From an uncultured Eubacteriales bacterium (GTDB taxonomy: Bacteria > Bacillota > Clostridia > Oscillospirales > CAG-272), in assembly GCA_934402395.1 (NCBI GenBank), contig CAKRTQ010000012.1, forward strand, positions 7,751 to 71,750: a stretch of 64,000 bases of DNA, read 5' to 3'. Both the position numbers and the translations under genes were made by a program. Shown here piece by piece: positions 54,629-64,000 of the stretch (positions are counted from its first letter, which is position 1; each line of letters starts with the position of its first letter). A model generated the notes under the pieces. The model had not been told where the DNA came from. It did no database searches and saw nothing but the letters and a program-made list of their open reading frames with translations.

Positions 54629-56410
54629 TCAGTTCTTTATCTGCTGGCGGTTGAAGGACACGAAGGAAAGCACGGTAAAGACCGCCGCAGCCACTGCGAG
54701 CCATGCGATACCGATAAATACATTGTATCTGCTGTCGGCAAGCGGTGAATATGAGTTTATGCCGATAAACGCTCCGAGTATACCGCCGCCGTTTATCTCT
54801 GCGTATGCCTCGGCAGTATTTCCGATATACATCGTGAGGTCAAGGTAGGGGAGGGGGGTGTATTCGAGATGCAGCTTCCCGATGGAATTCATTGCAAGAG
54901 ACAGCGTTACTACAACGGATGTGCTGAATCTGCAGATCATAGAAAGCGCTATCGGGAGCGCCGGTTTCTTTATCAGAGTAGAAATAAGAAAAGTGAACAG
55001 CACAAGGGGAGAGGTCGAGAGCAGGGAAAGCAGTGCGCGCCACATAAGAGAGAACACCGCAGGAACCGCTACTACTTTTGTGCCATGGTTGAAAAGGGCT
55101 GTGCAGAAAAGGTCATTTACGCCGAAAAACAGGCTGCATTCCGCCACAAGGATCACCGCTGCTGCTGCGGTGGCAGCGATCCACCATATATAAATGGAAA
55201 TTATCTTTGAGGCAAGTATGATTCCGCGACGGCGCGGACGTATAAGAAGCAGACGTATCGACCCGGAGGTGTATTCGTTTGAAAGTGTAGTGCCGGCGAG
55301 TATTGCAATGAATATCACGAGCATTCCGAAGGATGATGAAAATTCGGAAAGAAAGAGGGTCTTTGTGGAGTCGTTCACCGTTCCGCGTATCGGAACGCCG
55401 CGCTCCATGCTTGCGCGTATGAGTGCTGTTGTTTCATTAAAACGGCGGGCGTTTCCCTCGGTTTCGGCAACGTATTCCAGATATTCGGAATAGCCCGATG
55501 AAATACTATCGGCTGCTTCAAACAATTCGCGTGATGCCGTTACCGATGAGAAGCTGATACTTTGCAGCGGCTGCAGGGGACCGTTATACAGATTGACCGT
55601 ATTGAACTGCCACCCGCCGTATTCGAACACGTTGTCGGTGAGCCACTGCCATGCCACGACGTTCAGCTCGTGCCACTCGGCTCTGCGCTCCCCGATCGCG
55701 ATCTCATAAGCTATGAATTCTGCGGAAAGCTCGGGTGTGAGCCGTGGGTCTTCGGGAGCATTGCCGCTTTTCAGATATTCTATGCTTTGGTGTTCGGTTT
55801 CAAGCGCAGCTTTGGCTTTTTCGAGCATGCTTGCATAGTAGTCCTTGAGCGTGTATGTGAGGATGCGTTCCTCAAGCTCCGCAAGCGCGTCTTTTTGCGT
55901 CTTGTATGTTGCCTCTATGTTTTCGGGCAGGAGAACGGTCTGATAAGGATCTATCCCGTTGGGGTCTATCTCGTAAAGAAAACCTGCCATCATGGATTTG
56001 CTGATGTCGTCTCTGCCAACGCCGTTCTCTTTTATCAGCTTTACAAGACCAACGGTGCCGCGCAGGGTGGTGTACTCCCGGCGGAATGCGGCTATGCGCC
56101 AGTCTTCCTGTATATTGTTTTTTTCAAAAAATTCCGTTGTGTCAAGGTATGTGCGGTAGTATTCGGCATCGCATATTCTGCCGTCTTCCTCCGCTCCCGC
56201 CAGCTGCTTTCTCAGGCGTTCGGCATTGTAACTCCAGTAATTGGAATCATGACCGCTGTAAGAGGGCGATTCGACTATTTTCTTGAGTGCGAAGTCAAGC
56301 AGCGGAGAAAGGGCTGTCAGCGCGGCGATTATTATCAGCAGCACGCGAAGCCCGGTCTGCTTAAGTACCTTTTTGTTTTCATTGCCTATGAGGCGTGCGA
56401 GTTTTTTCAC
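54629..56410 (-). CDS. ABC-2 family permease with large extracytoplasmic loop (paralogue A)
   Basis: N-terminus MKKLARLIGNENKKV. Same architecture as paralogue B. Confidence 0.75.
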   Translation of the reverse strand: MKKLARLIGNENKKVLKQTGLRVLLIIIAALTALSPLLDFALKKIVESPSYSGHDSNYWSYNAERLRKQLAGAEEDGRICDAEYYRTYLDTTEFFEKNNIQEDWRIAAFRREYTTLRGTVGLVKLIKENGVGRDDISKSMMAGFLYEIDPNGIDPYQTVLLPENIEATYKTQKDALAELEERILTYTLKDYYASMLEKAKAALETEHQSIEYLKSGNAPEDPRLTPELSAEFIAYEIAIGERRAEWHELNVVAWQWLTDNVFEYGGWQFNTVNLYNGPLQPLQSISFSSVTASRELFEAADSISSGYSEYLEYVAETEGNARRFNETTALIRASMERGVPIRGTVNDSTKTLFLSEFSSSFGMLVIFIAILAGTTLSNEYTSGSIRLLLIRPRRRGIILASKIISIYIWWIAATAAAAVILVAECSLFFGVNDLFCTALFNHGTKVVAVPAVFSLMWRALLSLLSTSPLVLFTFLISTLIKKPALPIALSMICRFSTSVVVTLSLAMNSIGKLHLEYTPLPYLDLTMYIGNTAEAYAEINGGGILGAFIGINSYSPLADSRYNVFIGIAWLAVAAAVFTVLSFVSFNRQQIKN

Positions 56411-57432
56411 AGACTGCCGCCCCCTTCCTCGCCGCTGTCCTTTTCAGACTGACCGGGCGCGGCGGCTTCCGCTTCAACGCCTGTATCGGGGGTGTATTCG
56501 CGGGTGGTGGCAAGGTATACATCCTCAAGCGAATGAGTTACCGGAGTGAGCGCCGATACATCGCAACCGGCTATGACAAGCGCGCGCATAAGCTCGCTCT
56601 CTCTGCCGGCGGGCAGAGTGACGCGCAGCTTTCCGCCGACCACTGCTGTGCGCACGCCGTCGCCGAGCCCGAGAGCCGCGGCTGTGGCGGTCTCGCGCTG
56701 CGAATCGGGAACGGACACTTCGACCACTGCGTTGTCGCGGGCACCCGCGCTGCGGACTTCTTCTATCGACATTGTGCGCAGAAGCACGCCGTGGTCGAGA
56801 ATGCCCACGCGGTCGCACATGAGGTCAAGCTCTGCCAGCTGATGACTTGAAACGAATACCGAAACATTTTCGTTGTGTGAAAGCTCCTTGAGTATATCGC
56901 GCAGCTCCTTTATGCCCGCAGGGTCAAGACCGTTTGTAGGCTCGTCAAGCACGATGAGACGCGGACGGTTGAGAAGCGCTTGCGCCAGTCCGAGCCGCTG
57001 ACGCATACCGAGCGAATACTTTGATATCTTATCCTTGGCGCGCGCATCGAGATGCACGAGCGCAAGCAGCTCGTCTATCCTCTCGCGCGGAACATCGTCA
57101 TACATACGCCGGTAAAGCTCAAGGTTCTCGCGTCCCGAAAGGTACTTATACATTTCCGGATTTTCGATTATGCCGCCGACGCATGACATTGCCGCTTCAA
57201 AATCGGTTTTTACATTGTGACCGCAGATCGCTATTTCGCCGCTGTCGATACGTAAAAGACCGAGAACGAGCTTTATCGTGGTGGTCTTGCCCGATCCGTT
57301 GGGACCGAGAAAGCCGAATATCTCTCCGGGCATAACGTCGAGACTGATATCTGACAGTATGCGGCGGTTCCCGAGTTGTTTTGAAAGGTGCTTTATCGAA
57401 AGCACCGGGGTCGTGGGAGTTGAGTTGTTCAT
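56407..57432 (-). CDS. ABC transporter ATP-binding protein with C-terminal extension
   Basis: GPNGSGKTT, LSLGMRQRL-type signature (YSLGMRQRLG), and VLDEPTNGLD. Confidence 0.85.
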   Translation of the reverse strand: MNNSTPTTPVLSIKHLSKQLGNRRILSDISLDVMPGEIFGFLGPNGSGKTTTIKLVLGLLRIDSGEIAICGHNVKTDFEAAMSCVGGIIENPEMYKYLSGRENLELYRRMYDDVPRERIDELLALVHLDARAKDKISKYSLGMRQRLGLAQALLNRPRLIVLDEPTNGLDPAGIKELRDILKELSHNENVSVFVSSHQLAELDLMCDRVGILDHGVLLRTMSIEEVRSAGARDNAVVEVSVPDSQRETATAAALGLGDGVRTAVVGGKLRVTLPAGRESELMRALVIAGCDVSALTPVTHSLEDVYLATTREYTPDTGVEAEAAAPGQSEKDSGEEGGGSL

Positions 57433-57640
57433 GGCGGTACCGTACCTTTCGTTGATCTTCAAATTAAATTATAGCATATTTTTGCCGCTTGTCAATGAAA
57501 ATAATAGATTCTTTAATATTTCGGATGCGTGTGCTCCGCCATTATTATACGCGAGTGGGTCAATTTGTTTGGCATAACACCGCCGCGCCTGTGAATATTA
57601 TTTATATACGACAGTATGAAAAAACGTGGGGGCGATCGGG

Positions 57641-58237
57641 ATGAATGAGATCGACATTGTTGAACTGTTCGGCGGTGTGCCGCGCGAATATGAAATACAG
57701 CGCGAGCGCCGTATTTTCGGCAACGGAACGCCGCTTGTCTCCGCCGAGCTGGCAATACCGATGCTTGAGGGCGAGAATGCCGAAGCGGTCAATTCATTTT
57801 ATTGCGATATGGCAGCGAAATTCATAGGTTGGCTTTCCGTGGACGGACTTGCGGCTGCAAACGCCGTATTTGAGATCGATCCCGACCCGCATCGGCGTTT
57901 TCGTTTCCGCAGGTTCTGCTTTTCGCTCGCCGCAACTCCCGGGTTCGTCTCCGGGGAATTCGTATCGGTCGGCGTCACCTGCACCGCAACGCGCGGCGGC
58001 TCCTGCCTCGGCGCATGGGTCGGAGCTCAGCAATGGCGTATGAAAGACGGGAAAATGCTTCTTTTGCGACATAAAAACGTTGACAAAAACGGGCGCGAGG
58101 CGGTTTTTTTTACACGCGACGGGCAGCTGGCGGTCCTTGAGGCTACATCTGCGGGCGTAAGCGAGCGCCGTTCTAAGATTGATAATTCTTTGACGGAATT
58201 CAAAATGATTTCGAAATTATTTGCAACAATAAGGTGA
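57641..58237 (+). CDS. hypothetical protein
   Basis: ORF with plausible codon usage. No recognisable domain. Confidence 0.5.
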   Translation: MNEIDIVELFGGVPREYEIQRERRIFGNGTPLVSAELAIPMLEGENAEAVNSFYCDMAAKFIGWLSVDGLAAANAVFEIDPDPHRRFRFRRFCFSLAATPGFVSGEFVSVGVTCTATRGGSCLGAWVGAQQWRMKDGKMLLLRHKNVDKNGREAVFFTRDGQLAVLEATSAGVSERRSKIDNSLTEFKMISKLFATIR

Positions 58238-58443
58238 AAACGGTCGACATTCGGAGCTTTTTGTGGTATAATTATGCACGTAAGCCTGTCGCGGCGCGTT
58301 CGGTCCCTCCTTGCGGGGACACCGGTTATTATGTGCGCGGCGGGTGCCGTATATTATCATATTTTAAATAGGAAGAAAGCAGTTACATTCAGAATCTGAC
58401 ACTGTGCCGCGGTGCGGCACGGCGTGAAAGGAGTTGACGCAAA

Positions 58444-58770
58444 ATGACGATGGATTCGCTGAGAGAGATACGTATTGCCGAGGAAAAAGCGGAAGCGATA
58501 CGCAAAAATGCCGCCGATGAAGCAAAGGCGCGGATATCGCGCGCGCACGCCGAAGCGGAAAAAATAATTGCCTCGGCGGATGCGGAGGCGCATCGCGAGG
58601 CTTCCGATGCGGTTGCCGAAATAACGCGGAAGGCGGACAGCCTTGTTGCCGCAGGCGCTGAAAAGGCGCAGAAGGATGCGGCGGCAGTGGAGTCCGGTGC
58701 TATGCGCAACACGGACGAGGCGGTCAAAATGATTTACTGGGAGATTGTAGAGAAATGTCTACGTGCGTAA
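58444..58770 (+). CDS. ntpF: V-type ATPase peripheral-stalk coiled-coil subunit (NtpF/G-H like)
   Basis: AAAGGAG SD. A/E/K-rich coiled coil. First gene in an ntpFIKECGA-ordered operon. Confidence 0.6.
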   Translation: MTMDSLREIRIAEEKAEAIRKNAADEAKARISRAHAEAEKIIASADAEAHREASDAVAEITRKADSLVAAGAEKAQKDAAAVESGAMRNTDEAVKMIYWEIVEKCLRA

Positions 58771-60698
58771 TGAAAAGGCTGACGGTCTGGGCATACGCCT
58801 CCGATGCCGACACGGTAGCCGCTCGGCTGATAAAGCTTCGCTGCGTCGATGTTGACATGGCAGATGCCTCAGCCGACAGCTATCTTGTGCGGTATGATCC
58901 GTCCGAGCATATACGTGAATGCGAAAATGAGCTTGCGCGCATCGAGTCGGCAATGGAACCGCTCTATCCGTACAGCAAAAAGCGCGGCGGACTCGGCGCA
59001 GCTCCGTCGGTAAGTGCGGACCGCGAGGCATTTGCCGCCGACCGCGGCGGCGTGCGCCGCGATGCCGCGTCGGTCGTTGAACGCATAAACGGTATGCGCG
59101 AGCGGCTTGCCTATATTGAACGCGAGCTTGCCGATGCGGCGTCAAAGGCAGAGGCGGCAAAGCCGTGGCTCGGCTGCGGGTTTTCACTTGATATGAAGGG
59201 GACCGACAGTACGCGTCTGGTCTTCGGCAGTCTGCCCCCATCTTTGGATGACAGCGCGATCGAAGCGAGGCTCGACGGCATTGCGGCGGCGTGGCGTACA
59301 GTCATGCGCGATCCGATTGCCATGTATGCCGTGTTCATTGCGGAAAAAAGCGATGCGGACGAGCTTTTGCGCCGTCTCAACACGATGGGTTTCGTGCGCG
59401 CGGTGTTCCCGGACGGATGCGGCTGCGCCGAGGAGATATCTGCGGCGGCAAACGAAAAGACCGATGATCTTACCGCCGAAAGAGAAAACATTAAACAGAC
59501 CTTCTGCGGTCTGGCGGGTCGGCTTGACGATCTGCGCGTCCTTTGGGACACAGTTTCGACCGAGCTTGTCGGTGAACGGCTGAAGGAAAAGCTGCTGGCT
59601 ACCGGAAGCTGCATTCTGCTTCGCGGCTGGGTGCCGGCAAAAAGGACCGAAAAGGTCACGGCTGTTCTTGATGCCGTGGGCTGCGCATATGAGCTGACCG
59701 ATCCCGAACCCGGCGACGACGTTCCCGTAAAGCTTGAAAACAATCGCTTTGCATCCTGCTTTGAGTGGGTAGTGGCGATGTATTCGCTTCCCGCTTACGG
59801 AACGTTTGACCCGACCTTCATCATGAGCTTTTTCTATGTTCTGTTCTTTGCAATGATGTTTGCCGATGTCGGCTACGGACTCCTGCTTGCCGTTGGCGGC
59901 TTCCTTGTGCCGCGTCTGCTCCGCATGAAGCCCGAAAAAGCCGCGCCTTTCCGGATGTTCGCTTTCTGCGGTATCGGAAGCATTATCACCGGCGTGCTCT
60001 TCGGCGGTTACTTCGGCGATCTGCCGCTCGCGCTTATCAGAGCTTTCGATCCCGGAGCGGAGCTGCCGTCAACGCTCGCCATTGTGGTCGATCCGGTGGC
60101 TGAACCCACGACCTTCCTCCTTATTGCGCTTGCGCTCGGATTTGTCCACCTCGTGGCGGGGCAGGCGATAAAGTTTTCGATAGTCTGGAAGGATTCGCCT
60201 GTTGACGCCATATGCGATTATGCGCTTTTCTGGGCGCTTTACGGCGGACTTATAATGCTTATCATCGTTCCGTCGGTAGGTAAGTGGGTAGCGATCGGCG
60301 CGGCTGCGGCGATAGTCCTCACGGGCGGACGCAAAGAGAAGAACATCCTCATGCGTATCCCAAAAGGCTTTCTGGCGCTTTACGGTGTCGTCAGCTTCGG
60401 CTCGGATATCCTGTCTTATTCAAGAATACTCGCACTTGCGCTGTCGGGCAGCGTTCTGGCGCAGGTCATGAACATTCTCGGCACGATGGGCTCAAGCCCG
60501 GTTGCGGTAGTGATAGGGATGATACTGGTGTTCCTTGTCGGCCATACGATCAACCTTGCCCTCAGCACGCTCGGCTCATTCGTTCACACGAGCCGGCTTC
60601 AGTATATCGAATTCTTCGGAAAATTCTACGAGGACGGCGGCAGACCTTACGCGCCTGCCGAACCGTCGGAGAGATATTCCGATTATGATGCCGCCTGA
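58770..60698 (+). CDS. ntpI: V-type ATPase subunit I (a)
   Basis: TAATG coupling. Soluble N-terminal half plus a polytopic C-terminal half containing SYSRILALAL (essential Arg motif). Confidence 0.85.
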   Translation: MKRLTVWAYASDADTVAARLIKLRCVDVDMADASADSYLVRYDPSEHIRECENELARIESAMEPLYPYSKKRGGLGAAPSVSADREAFAADRGGVRRDAASVVERINGMRERLAYIERELADAASKAEAAKPWLGCGFSLDMKGTDSTRLVFGSLPPSLDDSAIEARLDGIAAAWRTVMRDPIAMYAVFIAEKSDADELLRRLNTMGFVRAVFPDGCGCAEEISAAANEKTDDLTAERENIKQTFCGLAGRLDDLRVLWDTVSTELVGERLKEKLLATGSCILLRGWVPAKRTEKVTAVLDAVGCAYELTDPEPGDDVPVKLENNRFASCFEWVVAMYSLPAYGTFDPTFIMSFFYVLFFAMMFADVGYGLLLAVGGFLVPRLLRMKPEKAAPFRMFAFCGIGSIITGVLFGGYFGDLPLALIRAFDPGAELPSTLAIVVDPVAEPTTFLLIALALGFVHLVAGQAIKFSIVWKDSPVDAICDYALFWALYGGLIMLIIVPSVGKWVAIGAAAAIVLTGGRKEKNILMRIPKGFLALYGVVSFGSDILSYSRILALALSGSVLAQVMNILGTMGSSPVAVVIGMILVFLVGHTINLALSTLGSFVHTSRLQYIEFFGKFYEDGGRPYAPAEPSERYSDYDAA

Positions 60699-60753
60699 GC
60701 GGTAAAAATGAACCCGAAAAAATATCACATACATTCAAGGAGAAACAAAAATC

Positions 60754-61257
60754 ATGAATTTCGCTCAATTTTTCAGCAATCTGACAACAGGTGAGGGACT
60801 TGCCCTCATCGGCGCGGCTCTTGCCGTTATTCTTCCCGGCATGGGAAGCGCAAAAGCGGTCGGTTCGGTCGGCGAATCTCTTAACGGACTGCTCTCCGAG
60901 GATCCCTCCAAGTTCGGTAAGGCGTTTCTGCTCCAGGCTCTTCCCGCAACTCAGGGTATTTACGGCTTCATCGTCGCCTTCATGGTTATGATGAACATCG
61001 GTATTCTCGGCGGCGACCGCGTAACGACCTTAGGCGGCGGTCTTTACTACCTGTTTGCCTGCCTTCCCATTGCATTCTGCGGTTATCACTCTGCGATCCG
61101 TCAGGGTCGTGTTGCATCTGCCGGTATCGCAATGGTCGCAAAGCGTCCCGAGGCGTCCGGTAAGGCTGTGACCGCAACCGCGATGGTCGAGCTTTACGCT
61201 CTGCTGTCTCTTATCGCTTCCTTTCTGCTCGTTGTTTCCTATCCCGGCAACCTTTGA
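60754..61257 (+). CDS. ntpK: V-type ATPase proteolipid subunit K (c), duplicated hairpin
   Basis: 167 aa, four TM, glycine-rich helices. Confidence 0.85.
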   Translation: MNFAQFFSNLTTGEGLALIGAALAVILPGMGSAKAVGSVGESLNGLLSEDPSKFGKAFLLQALPATQGIYGFIVAFMVMMNIGILGGDRVTTLGGGLYYLFACLPIAFCGYHSAIRQGRVASAGIAMVAKRPEASGKAVTATAMVELYALLSLIASFLLVVSYPGNL

Positions 61258-61300
61258 TCTGCGGGCTTTCCCGATATTACCGTGAAAGGCAGCAAAACCG

Positions 61301-61918
61301 ATGGTGGGACTTGAAAAGGTAACAAACAAAATAATCGCCTCTGCCGAGGCTGATGCCGCACGGATACTTGCCGAGGCTGATGCCGAATGCGCGGCAATTC
61401 TTGCCGCTGCCGAAGAAAACGCGGCAAAGCTGCGGACTGACGCAGAGGACGCCGCCGACGCCGAGGGCGCGAGCGTGGTATCACGTGCGCGTGCCACTGC
61501 GGAGACGGAAAGGCGCGGAATACTGCTTGCGGGCAGATGCCGTGCGATAGATGCCGCCTTCAGCGCGGCTGAAAAGAAAATTTGCGGAATGCCGAGCGAA
61601 AATTATCTCGGTTTTCTGGTGGCTCTGGCGCGTGAAGCGTCCGCAGGTCAGAGCGGTGAATGCACTGTAACGCTCAACCGTTCCGACCGTGTAAGCTTCG
61701 GGCGCGCCCTTATCGAACAGATGAAGTCGCGCGGCGACGGCATAGAGTGGCGTCTTTCTGACGGCGAGGCGCGGATCAGCGGAGGTCTTTTGCTTGACTT
61801 CGGCAAGACCCGCATAGACTGTTCCGTGGCATCGCTGATAGCGGAGGCGCGTCCGGCGCTTGAGGCGGATGTCTGCCGCCTGCTGTTCGGTTCCGGAGAG
61901 GAACGTAAAAATGGCTGA
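61301..61918 (+). CDS. ntpE: V-type ATPase subunit E
   Basis: N-terminal A/E-rich helix followed by a globular C-terminus. Operon position. Confidence 0.75.
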   Translation: MVGLEKVTNKIIASAEADAARILAEADAECAAILAAAEENAAKLRTDAEDAADAEGASVVSRARATAETERRGILLAGRCRAIDAAFSAAEKKICGMPSENYLGFLVALAREASAGQSGECTVTLNRSDRVSFGRALIEQMKSRGDGIEWRLSDGEARISGGLLLDFGKTRIDCSVASLIAEARPALEADVCRLLFGSGEERKNG

Positions 61919-62933
61919 GCGTACGGCACGGGCGGCAAAATACCGCGAGGAGGACTACCGCTACGCTGCCGCAAAGGTCGCGGCTATGTCGTGCGAGCTT
62001 ATTCCGGATCAGAGAATGACCGATCTTGTGCGTGCGCGTGACGCGGCTGATGTCATGTCCCGCATTGCCGAGTACGGCTTTGACTCGCACGATGCGGGAT
62101 ACGAGGCATCGCTTACCGCCTATCTTGCCGCAAGGTACGAGCTTTTGCTTTCGTTCTGCCCGAGCACGCCGCTGGCGCGTCTTTGCAGAATGAGATACGA
62201 CTGCAACAACCTCAAATCGGCAATAAAATGCCGCGCGGGCGGCAGAGATGCTGCGCCTCTGATGATAAGATGCGGTATTATTCCCGCCGATGATATTATT
62301 GCGGCGGCTGAAAAAAATGATTTTTCCGTTTTTTCGGATGTTCTGCCGAACATGGCGCGCGCTGCGGCAATGGCGTCCGATGCTATAGGAAAAAGCGGAA
62401 ATTCGCGTACGGTCGATTCACTGATAGACCGCGCCTGTTTTGCCGATATGCGCGCCGCAGCAAGGGAAACGGGAATACGCGAGGTTATGATGTTGCTTGA
62501 GCGCAAAACGGATGAGACCAATCTGCTCACCGCCGCGCGTGTGCTTCGTCTGCGCGATGCGGGCATGCGGCGCGCTGTGTTTGATGATTCCGTCATATCC
62601 GGCGGAAAGATAGACATGGCAAAGCTCCGCGATGCCGACTCCATGGGCGCGCTTGCGGATCTTGCAGCCGGGGCGGGATACTCCGACGCAGCGGCAGCAC
62701 TGCGCGGCGCGGGCAGCGATGCCGCGTCTCTTGAGCACGTGGCACACGCTTTTGACAATGATTTCCTTGCAGCGGTCGGAAGCGTCACCGATATGCGGCT
62801 TCTCGGGGCATACCCGGTAATAGGGTATATCGTTTCGCTTGAATACGAGATCAAAAACCTGCGCATTATTCTGTCCGGCATCGCTGCCGGCGATGACCGC
62901 GCGCGTATAGAAGAAAGACTTCGGCTTGCCTGA
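61911..62933 (+). CDS. ntpC: V-type ATPase subunit C (d)
   Basis: ATGGCTGA overlap with ntpE. ~340-aa helical protein in the expected position. Confidence 0.75.
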   Translation: MAERTARAAKYREEDYRYAAAKVAAMSCELIPDQRMTDLVRARDAADVMSRIAEYGFDSHDAGYEASLTAYLAARYELLLSFCPSTPLARLCRMRYDCNNLKSAIKCRAGGRDAAPLMIRCGIIPADDIIAAAEKNDFSVFSDVLPNMARAAAMASDAIGKSGNSRTVDSLIDRACFADMRAAARETGIREVMMLLERKTDETNLLTAARVLRLRDAGMRRAVFDDSVISGGKIDMAKLRDADSMGALADLAAGAGYSDAAAALRGAGSDAASLEHVAHAFDNDFLAAVGSVTDMRLLGAYPVIGYIVSLEYEIKNLRIILSGIAAGDDRARIEERLRLA

Positions 62934-62957
62934 CGGCGGCGGGAAGGGTTATTTGAA

Positions 62958-63293
62958 ATGTATAAAGTAGCAGTCATAGGTGCAAGGCAGGATATATTGG
63001 GCTTTTCGGCTCTCGGCTTCACCGTGCTTGAGGCGCAGGACGCCGATGCGGCGCGCAGTGCGCTCAGACTGGCAACTGCCGGCGTAGGCGCGGAAGGTGC
63101 TCAGGACGGCGGGTATGCGGTGATATTCATAACCGAGATCTACGCCGCGGCGCTTGCCGAGGATATTGCGGACTTTGACGATGTTCCAACGCCCGCGATA
63201 CTGCCGATCCCGTCTGCGGGAAGCGACGGCGGATTCGGCATGAAGGCACTGCACGACCGCGTAAAGCGCGCCGTGGGCAGTGATATTCTCTGA
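62958..63293 (+). CDS. ntpG: V-type ATPase subunit F
   Basis: 111 aa starting MYKVAVIGARQDILGFSALG, a typical subunit F N-terminus. Confidence 0.8.
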   Translation: MYKVAVIGARQDILGFSALGFTVLEAQDADAARSALRLATAGVGAEGAQDGGYAVIFITEIYAAALAEDIADFDDVPTPAILPIPSAGSDGGFGMKALHDRVKRAVGSDIL

Positions 63294-63380
63294 TCTCCCG
63301 AAAATACCGCAGGACCTGCGCCGTCCGGCGGCATAGTCTGACCAATCGGGCGCAAATAGCCGAGAAAGGCATGAATTGAA

Positions 63381-64000
63381 ATGGAATTGATCGAAGGTAA
63401 GATCTTAAAGGTATCCGGTCCGCTTGTTGTTGCCGAGGGCATGCGACGCGCTGATATGTTCGACGTTGTTCATGTGGGCAAAGACAAGCTGATCGGTGAA
63501 ATAATCGAAATGCACGGCGACCGCGCATCGGTCCAGGTCTATGAGGAGACCGCGGGACTCGGACGCGGCGACGTCGTTACATCGACCGGCGCACCTCTGT
63601 CGGTCGAGCTGGGACCGGGGCTTATAGGAAACATATACGACGGTATCCAGCGTCCGCTTGAAAAGCTGCGTGAAATGGCAGGCTCAAACCTCACGCGCGG
63701 CATAGTTTCTCCCGCTCTTGACCGTGAAAAGGTGTGGCATTTTGACGCTACTGCGCAACGCGGCGCACGCGTCACCGGCGGGGACATCCTCGGCACGGTG
63801 AATGAAAGCGCAGCTCTGACACATAAGGTCATGGTGCCTCCCGGTATCAGCGGCACGCTTATTTCGATACGCACGGGCGATTACCGTGTGACGGATAAAA
63901 TCGGTGTTGTTGAGGATTCAAACGGGAACACACACGAGCTGACCCTTATGCAGAAGTGGCCGGTTCGTGTGGCGCGCCCGCACGCGGGCAAGCTCCCGCC
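63381..64000 (+). CDS. ntpA: V-type ATPase catalytic subunit A (5' part; runs off the window)
   Basis: MELIEGKILKVSGPLVVAEGM...EETAGLGRGDVV...LSVELGPGLIGNIYDGIQRPL. No stop before the window end. Confidence 0.9.
   Translation, partial: MELIEGKILKVSGPLVVAEGMRRADMFDVVHVGKDKLIGEIIEMHGDRASVQVYEETAGLGRGDVVTSTGAPLSVELGPGLIGNIYDGIQRPLEKLREMAGSNLTRGIVSPALDREKVWHFDATAQRGARVTGGDILGTVNESAALTHKVMVPPGISGTLISIRTGDYRVTDKIGVVEDSNGNTHELTLMQKWPVRVARPHAGKLP

Noticed and set aside
62120-63022. 300-aa ORF antisense to ntpC, plus many other 60-250-aa antisense or out-of-frame ORFs in the GC-rich right half
   Set aside because: The products are Ser/Arg/Ala/Pro-rich low-complexity sequences typical of non-coding frames in GC-rich genes. 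They overlap genes with clear family motifs.

Overview
The window is a mosaic chromosomal segment, probably from a moderately GC-rich Clostridia-type Firmicute. This assignment is inferred from gene content and Shine-Dalgarno (SD) usage; no database search was possible. The left ~13 kb looks visibly AT-richer than the rest and accessory. (1) It starts with the tail of a conjugative element: the C-terminus of a VirB4-like ATPase, a DUF4143-type AAA ATPase and small ORFs. (2) Next is an Rhs/YD-repeat polymorphic-toxin array. It has one 5'-truncated main gene plus two start-less orphan C-terminal cassettes. These share ~0.5-0.7 kb of near-identical core DNA, and the first two cassettes are each followed by a small putative immunity ORF. 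(3) The most unusual locus follows: rtcB, then an ~840-nt stretch without a credible ORF, then a 679-aa protein. The ORF-free stretch holds three tandem RNA-like modules, and the last module contains a perfect circularly permuted tRNA cloverleaf (YrlA/Y-RNA-like, no free CCA, no anticodon loop). The protein appears to combine a divergent Ro60/TROVE-like helical region with a TerD-fold C-terminus. The rest of the window is mostly chromosomal. It encodes a MutS-domain ATPase; a TetR regulator with a consensus promoter and dual operator; and a chimeric flavodoxin-like/HATPase_c ORF. Next come MerR and AraC-GyrI regulators, an ABC-2 exporter, a CobB-type sirtuin and a sigma/anti-sigma pair. A six-gene co-directional cluster follows: ADP-ribosylglycohydrolase, metallophosphoesterase, two unknowns, a ClpP paralogue and a soluble VirD4/TraG-like ATPase. 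After that come an amidohydrolase, BlaI/BlaR1-like genes, an ABC exporter, mltG, a CPBP protease, DJ-1, a GNAT and a MATE transporter. An AraC-linked glycan/sulfatase cluster comes next, then an ABC system with duplicated large-loop permeases. The window ends with the start of an ntpFIKECGA-ordered V-type ATPase operon. No rRNA, canonical tRNA or CRISPR array was seen. All functional calls rest on motif recognition by eye.
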